The position numbers and the translations under genes were made by a program. Shown one piece after another: positions 1 to 9,200 of a DNA stretch of 64,000 bases (positions within the stretch are counted from its first letter, which is position 1; every line of letters starts with the position of its first letter). The notes under the pieces were generated by a model that was given only the letters and a program-made list of their open reading frames with translations, ran no database searches and had not been told where the DNA came from. Origin of the DNA: a virus (Duplodnaviria; Caudoviricetes); the IMG/VR virus record IMGVR_UViG_2511231106_000004, positions 1 through 64,000 of that record; one strand, 5' to 3'.

Positions 1-3000
1 CTATTTTTGAATATGGCTTCCGTAAACATCCCGGAACACATTTTGAGCTTTATCATCTTTATCATTTACTCGTACCCGTTCTACCTTATGCCGATCATTA
101 TCTTTCCCGGAAATGCGATCTACACGGAAACGGTCGATATTCTGGACTTTGATCAATTCAGGGCCAAATTCATCTACAGAACGTGTCATGTTACCATCTG
201 AGGGTGCTCCATTTTGCAAAGCACGGTAAATGATGGCCGCGTATTCATAACGTGTCATCGCCCTGTCGCCTTTAAATTCCCCATCTGGATATCCTTTCAG
301 GTAGCCTCGTTCCGCCAGACTCTTAACATACTCATAAGCCCAATGATTTTCCGGGACATCCGGGAAAGTCATAGCTCCGCTTGCAGTAGAAGCCAATTTG
401 ACAGGCTGGCCCGATTCATAATTTGCCAATTTTTTCGTCAATGTTTCAATCTGATTCTTCATAGCCAGCATATCTTTAGCCATGGAAACACGTGAACGAG
501 AGATATGGCTCTTCTGTCCAAATTTCCAGCTAACACCAACATTCACCATGTTCTCTCCGCCGCTAAAGGAACCACCTACGCTGAACATGGTATCTTCGTT
601 AGGACGATAGTATGCACCAATAGCAACGGCATTGGCATTCTTATAGTTGCCATATCCGGCAGCAAAATCCCACTTGTCGTCCGGATCAAAATCCAGCGGA
701 TGTAGCCCAGCCAGAGCCGCTGCCCCAGCACCAACACGATTAATCCGGTTACCCAGACGAGTGATCCGAGTTTCCGTACCATACAGCTGACTGCCGTTCA
801 CCGCATCAGTGCTGGTAGCGGAAACCTCTCCCTTGTGCAGGTGAGTGATCTTGGTGTCTCCCATGTCAATGCCCTGGTTATTCATGGTTACCGTATCCCC
901 GGCCTTGATGGTATCGCCGTAGATGGTGTTCCCCTGAATGGTCACGGCCTTCACCGAGGTAAAGGAAGGAGTATCGCTCATCTTGACGGTGATCTGGCTG
1001 CCATCGACAGAGGTGGACACATTGTGTCCGTTCCCCTTCACAGAAACCGTATCTCCCAGCTGGGCGTTATAGGTAGTGCCGGAGTCAGCGGCAAAGTTCA
1101 GGCCCTTGGCAATATTATCCGCATTCTTCTGGATGTTTTTCTTGTTGATGGCAATGTTCTTGGTGTTTTCCTCCACCTCCACATTGGTGGCATGAAGCTG
1201 GCTGCCGTTTACCGCATCGGTGCTGGTGGCAGAAATTTCGCCGTCTGCCACATTTACCACTTTCTGGCCGTTGGCATTGAGGCCGCTCTTGGTCACGTAG
1301 GCGTTACCGCCTACGGTCAGACCTGTATTATTAATCACCGTATCCCCGGTGGTTACGCTGCTAAGGCTGATATCATCATTAAGATCATATTTTACCATCC
1401 CGTCAGCAGCCACGGAAGCCGAGGTATTCTTCCCATTGGTGAAGTCCAGGCCCTTTTTCAGGCTTACGGTTTTTTCATTCTTGCCGTTGGCCTTGTAAGT
1501 CAGGCTGGCATTTTCGGCTACTTTGGTGTAATCCACCGCCAAGTCGAAATTATTGGAACCGTTGGTATTGGAGCTCTTGGTCACCTTCACGGAGCCGTCA
1601 TTAGAAGAGACGGTAGTGTTGGCGGCATTCACCGCTTCCTGCACCGTATGGTAGGTATTCCCGTTGACTTCCAGATTGGCTTCCACCTTGCCGGTGACGG
1701 CATTTACCGTAGAGCTTCCTCCCAGGGCATCCGCCACAGAACTGAGATCGGCATTCACCGTGTATACCTTCTGGCCGTTGGCTCCCGTAGCTTCATCTAC
1801 CGTCACATTCTTTCCGGCCTTCACTTCCGTGGTAGCCGCTGCTTGGGCGCTCTTCAGCTGGCTTACATTCACCCCGTCGGTCAGGTTTACACCGGCTGCC
1901 ACGTTGGTAATGGTCTTGCCGCCGGCATTGATGCCGGTCTTTGTGATAGAAGGACCGTTCTTAATAGTGAGACCGTTGTCGTTCATGGTAGTATCCCCGG
2001 CATTGACCGTGGTAGCATTGACAGTAGTAGCCGTCACGCTGTTAAGACCCTTCACATCCTTCGAGAGTTTCACGGTGATCTTGTTATTGGCTGCATCGGC
2101 CACTACGCCGATGTTGTTATCGCTCAGATTGCTGCCGTCGGCTCCGCCCAGGATGTACATAGCTTCATCAGAACCCCGATGAAGCACGTTCTGATCGGCA
2201 GCGGCGGTAGAGCCAAGTGTGGAATTATCCCCGGCAAAACGAAGGGGCCGGGTCCGCAGGTAGAGCTGACTTCCATTTACGGCATCGGTACTGGTCGAAC
2301 TGACCAGACCAGCTGCCACGTTTTGCAGACGCCGTTCATGGCCTTTGCTACCGATGGTGACCACGCCATCCGCCTTCTTAGCCGCTACAGCATAAAGATC
2401 ATTGTACTCCCCTGCACCGGCTGTTTCCGCAGTGGCTTCTGCTGTAGCGGCAGAACCCGTTCCCAAATATACGGAATTTCCCAGAGTCGCAGTTACATTA
2501 GAACCAAGAATTTGGATATTGGACAGTGGTTTTCCATCGGGATCATATTTCAACGCAGCCTCAACCGTATTATCATTCCCCAGAATAGTCACATCTTCAA
2601 TGGGAAGCCCATTATCGCTCAGGGTTACTGTATTGTTTGTACCGGTAATATTAATTTTATCCAGTTTGGATGCATCCGCCGCGCTACTGGAATCCGTGAT
2701 GCCCTGCACTGTATTGATATTTCCACTAACGGTGACATTAGTCACAGACTTTGCATCGTTTCGGGTAATTTTGTTCCCATTTCCAACAAGGCTGTTATCT
2801 TTCACCTTGTCGTCATCTTTTCCATTAATAATTGAGTTTTCCGTGCCGAAGACATTGGCATTCACTGCATTTGTTGCAGTGGATTCATTACCAATAACCG
2901 CCGCACTGCTGCCTTTCTCCACATTTGCCTTCGTCCCCATGGCGATGGAGTTAGTAGAAAGGGCATCCGTTGCCTCTGTGCCGATGGCAATAGAGTCTGT

Positions 3001-5514
3001 TCCTGAGGCAGTCGCTCTGTCACCGATAGCATTAGCCCCCTTGGCAATGCCCTTAGCTTCAGCTCCCATTGCTACACCTCGGATATCAGATGTCTCCGCA
3101 AGATATCCGATGGCAATAGATTCCTTGCTGCTGTTAGTAGCAGAACCAGCTTTTTGCTTAACCGCCGCTCTGGTACCGATGGCTAATGAATTATCGCCGG
3201 CAGACTGGGCACCGGCACCAATAGCGGTATTATACTGATAGCCAGTTTCCGCTTTCGTTTCACTGATAGATCCGTCTGTATTCTTGTAGCCCACGCCCAT
3301 AGCGATACTGCCATTACTTTCAGCACTGACATTATTGCCTATAGCCACACTTCGCTCATTCGTAGCCTTAGCAATCACCCCCATTGCCAGAGAGTCACTA
3401 CCCACGGCACCATCATTATTGAAATTATTCTTCGCCGTTCCTGTATCATCAGTCTTTACTGAATAGTAATGTACTTTAGCATCACTGACAGCCTGATCCA
3501 TCTGCCCCTTGTTAACTGCATCGCCAGCATCTACCCCATCTTTCACATTTTTAATCTGTACTGCATTATTGTTATTATCTTTCAGACTGACATATTCATT
3601 ATTCGTTCCCGAATACGTCACCGCATTGCCGCTGCTGCTGCCGGGATGGGCATTGGTAATCTGGGAGGACAGATCTGTCTGCAGTGCTTTCAGCTGTTTT
3701 ACCGTTACTGCATCCTGATCAGCTGCCCCGTCAGCTACATTGACTATCCGACGAAGCCCATTGTCGCTCATTGAAGCACCATTTCCAACAGAAACAACCT
3801 GTGTGGCCATCGTACCTGTCAGATAAGCATTCCCGGAAGCCATTGCTGCTGTAGCCAGGGAACCCCCACCTAAAGCCACATTACCTGTGCCCCGAGCAAT
3901 AGATTCTTCCCCGATGGCCATAGATTTATCTCCTTCTGCCAGAGAAGTAAAGCCTATAGCAGTGGCTCCATTGCCGGTAGCTTTAGAAACAGCACCTACT
4001 GCGGTACTCTGTGTCCTGGCCACCGTATTGGCCCCCAGCGCTGTTGCTTCAGTAATGGAAGTGGCTGCTTCATAATGATTGGCATGATACCCTAGGGATA
4101 CGTCATATCCAGCCAGAGAATTTTGTGTAGAACCAGTGGTATTATCCCCCAGATAGGTACCGGCACCGGAACCGATAGCAATATTATAATTCCCCTTTAC
4201 ATGGCTACCGGCACCGAACCCCAGAGAAATATCTTCGGATCCATCGATATTCTGTCCAGCATTTTTCCCGATAACAACATGAGCACCATTGACATGGTTT
4301 TTGTCCCCAATCATGCCTTTACCGGCCTCTTCACCCATGACAACAGAATATTCTGCATCTGCTACTGCTTTATGTCCAATGGAAACGACATTATCCGCAT
4401 TGGCTGTGGTACCGCTGCCCAGAGCAATAGCCTGATTACCCTTAGATTCCGAGCTCTTTCCGATAGCCACCGTTTCAACATATGATGATTTCGCTTCGGA
4501 ACCGATAGCTACACTGTCCCTATACGTCGCCTCTGCACCGGAACCTACCGCGAGGGCATCTGAGGCCTGTGCTTTTGCCTGGTTCCCGATGGCCGTCGCA
4601 CCTGCACTGCTACCGCTGACTCTGGCTCCATTACCAATAGCCGTACCGTTTTCCGAGACCGTCCGACTTCCTGTACCGATGGCAATGCCATTATTGGTAA
4701 TAGGGTTGGCCGCCGTAGCGTCATTCATGACTACAGCGCCATCTCCTAGAGCGATGGCTGAATTACCTCGGGCATTCGCTCCATTACCAATGGAAATGCT
4801 ATTCGCTCCGCCACCCGCAGCAACCAGCTGAGAACCGTCATCAGCAGTCATACCAGCCCTGGAACCAGTAATAGCCCCTCGCCCCAAGGCAATACCATTT
4901 TTACCTTCTTCAACCACTTCCGTATCAGCACCGATGGCAACAGAATTCTCCGCAGCTGCTTCTGCTCCTTTGTTATTGTCATTTTCTTTCGTTTCTGCGC
5001 CGATAGCAATGGCACCCACACCGCTGGCTTCTGCTTGCGTGCCCATGGCAACAGCCTTATCCTCGGAAGCCCTTGCATTTTTGCCCACAGCAATCGCATC
5101 TACCCCAGTAGCATAGGCATCATAACCGGTAGAATTGGCTCGGAAATATTTCATACCTGCCTTATCTTTATCCAGCCCTAGTACGGCATTGACTGCCTTC
5201 AGGTCAGAGATATCCTCTTTATTCGAATTGATGGCTGAAGCATTGATACCAATTTGTACCGTATTATCAGCTATATTCGCTTTATTGGTATTGATATCTA
5301 CTGTATTAGTACCGATTTGTGCGGTGTTGGCTGCTATATTTGCCTTATTGATATTTAGTTCCGCAGTTGTCGCCAATCCATTAGTTGTTATAGTGATAGT
5401 TTGCGCTGTATCATCCTTAGTCACATTAATATTTGCGCTTCCAATCAAGGTGTCACCATCATTGATAGTCGCTGCATTAGCACCATAACTAGTCCCTAAT
5501 AAAAGCAGTGACAA
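1..5514 (-). CDS. YadA-like trimeric autotransporter adhesin with C-terminal SLH domain; true start probably 5666, currently out of frame at a G7 tract
   Basis: Many YadA head repeats (AIAIG/SVAIG), neck motifs (DAVNGSQL), beta-barrel anchor (GAGAAALAGLH...VGVSWKF) and SLH (FPDVPENHWAY...GYPDGEFKGDRAMTRYE). An ESPR signal (MMNKIYKVIFNRVKGRYEVVSELAK) lies at 5666 in another frame. Confidence 0.93.
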   Translation of the reverse strand: MSLLLLGTSYGANAATINDGDTLIGSANINVTKDDTAQTITITTNGLATTAELNINKANIAANTAQIGTNTVDINTNKANIADNTVQIGINASAINSNKEDISDLKAVNAVLGLDKDKAGMKYFRANSTGYDAYATGVDAIAVGKNARASEDKAVAMGTQAEASGVGAIAIGAETKENDNNKGAEAAAENSVAIGADTEVVEEGKNGIALGRGAITGSRAGMTADDGSQLVAAGGGANSISIGNGANARGNSAIALGDGAVVMNDATAANPITNNGIAIGTGSRTVSENGTAIGNGARVSGSSAGATAIGNQAKAQASDALAVGSGAEATYRDSVAIGSEAKSSYVETVAIGKSSESKGNQAIALGSGTTANADNVVSIGHKAVADAEYSVVMGEEAGKGMIGDKNHVNGAHVVIGKNAGQNIDGSEDISLGFGAGSHVKGNYNIAIGSGAGTYLGDNTTGSTQNSLAGYDVSLGYHANHYEAATSITEATALGANTVARTQSTAVGAVSKATGNGATAIGFTSLAEGDKSMAIGEESIARGTGNVALGGGSLATAAMASGNAYLTGTMATQVVSVGNGASMSDNGLRRIVNVADGAADQDAVTVKQLKALQTDLSSQITNAHPGSSSGNAVTYSGTNNEYVSLKDNNNNAVQIKNVKDGVDAGDAVNKGQMDQAVSDAKVHYYSVKTDDTGTAKNNFNNDGAVGSDSLAMGVIAKATNERSVAIGNNVSAESNGSIAMGVGYKNTDGSISETKAETGYQYNTAIGAGAQSAGDNSLAIGTRAAVKQKAGSATNSSKESIAIGYLAETSDIRGVAMGAEAKGIAKGANAIGDRATASGTDSIAIGTEATDALSTNSIAMGTKANVEKGSSAAVIGNESTATNAVNANVFGTENSIINGKDDDKVKDNSLVGNGNKITRNDAKSVTNVTVSGNINTVQGITDSSSAADASKLDKINITGTNNTVTLSDNGLPIEDVTILGNDNTVEAALKYDPDGKPLSNIQILGSNVTATLGNSVYLGTGSAATAEATAETAGAGEYNDLYAVAAKKADGVVTIGSKGHERRLQNVAAGLVSSTSTDAVNGSQLYLRTRPLRFAGDNSTLGSTAAADQNVLHRGSDEAMYILGGADGSNLSDNNIGVVADAANNKITVKLSKDVKGLNSVTATTVNATTVNAGDTTMNDNGLTIKNGPSITKTGINAGGKTITNVAAGVNLTDGVNVSQLKSAQAAATTEVKAGKNVTVDEATGANGQKVYTVNADLSSVADALGGSSTVNAVTGKVEANLEVNGNTYHTVQEAVNAANTTVSSNDGSVKVTKSSNTNGSNNFDLAVDYTKVAENASLTYKANGKNEKTVSLKKGLDFTNGKNTSASVAADGMVKYDLNDDISLSSVTTGDTVINNTGLTVGGNAYVTKSGLNANGQKVVNVADGEISATSTDAVNGSQLHATNVEVEENTKNIAINKKNIQKNADNIAKGLNFAADSGTTYNAQLGDTVSVKGNGHNVSTSVDGSQITVKMSDTPSFTSVKAVTIQGNTIYGDTIKAGDTVTMNNQGIDMGDTKITHLHKGEVSATSTDAVNGSQLYGTETRITRLGNRINRVGAGAAALAGLHPLDFDPDDKWDFAAGYGNYKNANAVAIGAYYRPNEDTMFSVGGSFSGGENMVNVGVSWKFGQKSHISRSRVSMAKDMLAMKNQIETLTKKLANYESGQPVKLASTASGAMTFPDVPENHWAYEYVKSLAERGYLKGYPDGEFKGDRAMTRYEYAAIIYRALQNGAPSDGNMTRSVDEFGPELIKVQNIDRFRVDRISGKDNDRHKVERVRVNDKDDKAQNVFRDVYGSHIQK

Positions 5515-5534
5515 TAAAATACTTTTAGTTAATA

Positions 5535-5541
5535 CCCCCCC
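5535..5541 (-). repeat. G7 homopolymer in the signal-peptide coding region (likely phase-variation tract, OFF state)
   Basis: The frame from ATG 5666 reads TCG GGG GGG TAT TAA. One extra G gives SGGVLTKSILLSLLLLG, in frame with the 1837-aa ORF. Confidence 0.8.
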
Positions 5542-5706
5542 GAATTAATAAAAGTTCTCAGCAAAGAATTTCCGGACGCTTTCCCACCATTTTTTGCTAA
5601 TTCAGAAACAACCTCGTAACGTCCCTTTACCCGGTTAAATATGACTTTATAAATTTTATTCATCATTCGTTTCCCCTTTCCAATAAAAAACGCCTTTATA
5701 TGAAGA

Positions 5707-5735
5707 ATTATCTCCTCTTCTTACATTTCTGTCAA
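5707..5735 (-). promoter_or_regulatory. sigma70-type promoter of adhesin 1
   Basis: TTGACA-17 nt-GATAAT on the minus strand, upstream of RBS GAAAGGGG and ATG 5666. Confidence 0.6.
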
Positions 5736-5925
5736 TATTTTATGCTAAACTTCGATTCATAAATCTAGCATCATTCTTTGTAATTCTTTCTAAGATCTGA
5801 TTGCTAGCAAGTTAAAGTCTATATCTAAACCCAGGCCATATCGCTCCTATCCCAAATCTTCAATGTCTGCCAAAGATTCATCCATAACTTCATTTAGACC
5901 ACTCTACAAACCCTAGTCATAAAAA

Positions 5926-5969
5926 AAACAAGCCCGATACACAGATTCTCCGTATACCAGGCTTGTTTG
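5926..5969 (-). terminator. Intrinsic terminator after adhesin 2
   Basis: Inverted repeat aaacaagcc...ggcttgttt next to an A run (U tract on the minus strand). Confidence 0.6.
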
Positions 5970-6000
5970 ATTTCTTTTATCTCAGTAAAAGAAGCCTATA

Positions 6001-8736
6001 CTATTTCCGAATATGTGAACCATATACATCTCTAAAATCGTTATTAACCTTATCATTCTTGTCATTGACACGTACCCTTTCGATCTTATGCCGGTCGTTA
6101 TCCTTACCGGAAATACGGTCAACACGGAAACGTTCTACTTCTTGTACCTTGGCAAGTTCTGGTTTAAATTCTTCTACGGCTCGACTCATATCGGCATCAT
6201 TAGGCGCTCCGTTCTGCAAAGCGCGATAAATAACCGTTGCGTATTCGTAACGAGTCATCGCACGATTCCCTTTAAATTCGCCATCCGGATACCCCTCCAA
6301 ATACCCTTTGTCCGCCAAAGACTTCACATACGTGTAAGCCCAATGATCTTTCGGTACATCCGGGAAGGTAACGTCTTTAGTAGACATAGACACCTTACCG
6401 CTCATGAGTTTCTGAATCATTTCATCTTGCTTTGCTACAATCTGCTTTAATTCTAATACATCCTTAGCCAGGGCCACGCGGGAACGGCTCACATGGTTAT
6501 GCTGTCCAAGCTTGAAGGTCACGCCGGCATTCACCATATTTTCACCACCGCCGAAGGAACCACCGACAGAGAACATGGTGTCTTCATTAGGACGGTAGAA
6601 GGCACCTACGGCTACCGCATGGGCATCTTTGTAATTGCCATATCCTGCGGCAAAGTCCCATTTATCATCCGGGTCAAAATCCTGGGGATGAAGAGCTGCC
6701 AGAGCGGCTGCCCCCGCACCAACTCGATCTACCCGGTCACCCAATTTCGTAAGACTGTTCCCTATATGAGTAACTCGAGTATCCAGATTGCTGATGTTAT
6801 CTGCATTATTCTTCACCTGACTATCCAGGATAGTCAGATTTTGGGCTGCCGTATTATCTGCCTTCACATAGGAACCATCGTTCGTTACACGGGTTTCATG
6901 ATATACAGTCCCACCCGTTACGATTCCGGTGTTTCCATTGGCCACCTGTCCATCTGCCTTTACATTGATTGTATAGGTAGAACTTCCATCCGTATTTGTG
7001 GTCTCATCAATATTAACATTTTCTCCGGCAGTTACTGTATTTCTTGTATCGGCGCTGCCGGCAATGGCAGATAAATCCACAGACCCCGTTACGGCATTCC
7101 CTGCTGTATCAGTCACATTCATGGAAAGTGTATTGCCGGAAAGGCTAAGCCCGTTAGCATTAGTTACCAACGTATCATTACCATCAGAAGCTCCGGCAAC
7201 GGCTTTCTTCAACTGCGCCACATTGACAGCGTCGGTATCTGCCGTGCCCGCTGCTACACTGGTAATCTGACGGGTAATACCATTTCCCACATCACCTACA
7301 GATACTGCTGCCGATGTAGCCTTCCATGTGGAATTCGTTTCTGTCGAAGCAGCTCCTGTAGCCGGATCATATCCTGCGGCCCCCTTATCTACCGTAGCAT
7401 TGGACTTGTAACCAAGAGCCACTCCGCCTTCTTTGCTGACTTTTGCATCATACCCGATTGAAGTCGTATTGGCCGCGGAACGGGTATCTGCACTGGAAAG
7501 GCCGCCGATGGCAATCGTATTATTGGCCGTCACGGTATGGTCATTTCCCATGATAATATTATTGGACGCATTAGTTACGGTATTTTTAAAGCCGGATACG
7601 GAATTTAATTTGGCAATATTACCGGCCGTACCCGTAACTTTATTATTAACACCAGTAATTTGTGTTTTCTGGGTATAATCGGCTTTGTTACCGCCACCAA
7701 TAGCCATTGTAGAACCTCCACCATCAGATTCGCTTGTTGCTTCACGCAATATATTTGCTAAATCTTTAGCTGAAGTCGGCGTGGTCGAGAATAGCCCTCC
7801 TGGCAAACCGGATATGGAGGTATAGGAATTGGTAATTTCATTCCCGGCGCCAAAGATCAAAGATCCATTGGAGTTCTGAGTCCTGTTGGCAGTACCAACA
7901 ATGCTATTTGCTATACCGGAATAATAGCCTGAACCTGCACTATCCATCGACTCTATACTGTTCAAAGCACCGGTAATGGTTGCGCCAAAGTTTTTTTGAC
8001 CATTAGCCGATCGTCCACCATTGTATTCACCGGAAATAATGTTATAGACACCGGTAGTCGTGGTAAATGCTCCATTGCTAAAGCTATTCGCACCGACAGT
8101 AGTCGCATAGACATTCAAATTAGAAGTACGCGTAGCAGCGCTATCGACAGTGGTATCCCCAAGGTCCCCACTGTAATTATGGGAGCCGATCATTGTGCTG
8201 CCAGTTCGAGCAAAGGTGTTGTCACCAATAGCGATGCTGCCAACCACTTTCGTCGGATCAGCAGGAATACGAGCACTAGAAAACAAGCTCCCAGAAAAAG
8301 TAGTCTGCCCCAGTGCAAAAGTAGCTTCAGCGCCACCGGCCATATTTTCGATTTTGGCATTTTTGCCAATGGCAATACTACCACCTTGGCTGGCATAGTT
8401 ATTAATATTGGCTCCATTACCTACCACAATGTCTCCAGTAGCTGCACTGGCACCATTAGAATAGCTGATGCTACTTCCCTTACCAATGGCTACGTTTTCC
8501 GCTTTCGGAGCATTACTGCTCGTGCCATAGGCTACGCCAGAACCAGTACCCACTGTCGTATCAGCTGCTCCTGCTACACTCATACTACCACATAACAGGA
8601 CTACACAAAGAGCGAAAGCATTTCGTCTATAACTCCCATGGCTCCGATTATCTTTCGTACAACTTCTCGTCAACTCAGAGACAACTACATAACAGCGTTT
8701 TACTTTGCTCCAAATAACCCGATATACCCTATTCAT
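6001..8736 (-). CDS. YadA-like trimeric autotransporter adhesin (ESPR signal, YadA anchor, SLH domain)
   Basis: MNRVYRVIWSKVKRCYVVVSEL ESPR, head repeats, DAVNVAQL neck; anchor and SLH are paralogous to gene 1. Confidence 0.93.
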   Translation of the reverse strand: MNRVYRVIWSKVKRCYVVVSELTRSCTKDNRSHGSYRRNAFALCVVLLCGSMSVAGAADTTVGTGSGVAYGTSSNAPKAENVAIGKGSSISYSNGASAATGDIVVGNGANINNYASQGGSIAIGKNAKIENMAGGAEATFALGQTTFSGSLFSSARIPADPTKVVGSIAIGDNTFARTGSTMIGSHNYSGDLGDTTVDSAATRTSNLNVYATTVGANSFSNGAFTTTTGVYNIISGEYNGGRSANGQKNFGATITGALNSIESMDSAGSGYYSGIANSIVGTANRTQNSNGSLIFGAGNEITNSYTSISGLPGGLFSTTPTSAKDLANILREATSESDGGGSTMAIGGGNKADYTQKTQITGVNNKVTGTAGNIAKLNSVSGFKNTVTNASNNIIMGNDHTVTANNTIAIGGLSSADTRSAANTTSIGYDAKVSKEGGVALGYKSNATVDKGAAGYDPATGAASTETNSTWKATSAAVSVGDVGNGITRQITSVAAGTADTDAVNVAQLKKAVAGASDGNDTLVTNANGLSLSGNTLSMNVTDTAGNAVTGSVDLSAIAGSADTRNTVTAGENVNIDETTNTDGSSTYTINVKADGQVANGNTGIVTGGTVYHETRVTNDGSYVKADNTAAQNLTILDSQVKNNADNISNLDTRVTHIGNSLTKLGDRVDRVGAGAAALAALHPQDFDPDDKWDFAAGYGNYKDAHAVAVGAFYRPNEDTMFSVGGSFGGGENMVNAGVTFKLGQHNHVSRSRVALAKDVLELKQIVAKQDEMIQKLMSGKVSMSTKDVTFPDVPKDHWAYTYVKSLADKGYLEGYPDGEFKGNRAMTRYEYATVIYRALQNGAPNDADMSRAVEEFKPELAKVQEVERFRVDRISGKDNDRHKIERVRVNDKNDKVNNDFRDVYGSHIRK

Positions 8737-8780
8737 TGTACTCTCCTTTTCCAATCATATGCTCTTTAAAATTCTAATCG

Positions 8781-8812
8781 ATTATATTCTACCCCCCCCG
8801 CGTTTTCGTCAA
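8781..8812 (-). promoter_or_regulatory. Adhesin 2 promoter with a G8 tract in the -35/-10 spacer
   Basis: Minus strand TTGACG-AAAACGC-GGGGGGGG-TAGAAT-ATAAT. Confidence 0.65.
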
Positions 8813-8901
8813 CATTTCGTCTAATTGAAATAGGCTTATAAGCCAGGGGAAATCAGAATAGATTCTAAGGATTGGGAATATACATTTTCACTATAAATAT
8901 A

Positions 8902-8954
8902 AAAAGACAAAACAGTAGTCACCATGTTCTCTGATAACTCCTGTTTTGTCTTTT
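8902..8954 (-). terminator. Intrinsic terminator of adhesin 3 (separated from its gene by the prophage)
   Basis: Inverted repeat aaaagacaaaacag...ctgttttgtctttt just downstream of the displaced stop codon. Confidence 0.7.
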
Positions 8955-8968
8955 CATATTTATACTAT

Positions 8969-9016
8969 TTATTTCTGAATATAATCACCATAAACATCCC
9001 GGAACACATTTTGGAC
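8969..9016 (-). pseudogene. Displaced 3' end of adhesin 3 (VQNVFRDVYGDYIQK*)
   Basis: Matches the C-terminus of adhesin 1 (AQNVFRDVYGSHIQK*) and joins in frame to ...NDKDDK at 63504. Confidence 0.92.
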
Positions 9017-9040
9017 TTGGTTGCCTTACAACATTTGATA
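8995..9040. other. Left attachment junction (TT core 9017-9018)
   Basis: Host half ...cattttggac|TT|ggttgccttacaacatttgata phage half. Confidence 0.88.
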
Positions 9041-9162
9041 CAATTACACGATTATTCCCTTAAATTCTTGAACGATGCACCCTGGGGTGCAAAGTGAAGT
9101 GCACCCCAGAAGCCCCCTGCAATTGCTGTTAAAATTGACATGCCTAGTGTTTTGGACAAAGA

Positions 9163-9200
9163 AAAAACCGCTCTGCATTTCCTGCAAAGCGGCTTCTTTT
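9163..9200 (-). terminator. Terminator after the recombinase operon
   Basis: aaaaaaccgctctgca...tgcaaagcggcttctttt hairpin. Confidence 0.6.

Noticed and set aside
835-5488. Long plus-strand ORFs opposite the adhesins and many phage genes (e.g. 835..2835, 38747..40957, 43566..45299, 48477..50207, 53911..55677)
   Set aside because: Antisense shadows of well-supported minus-strand genes, with no recognisable motifs.
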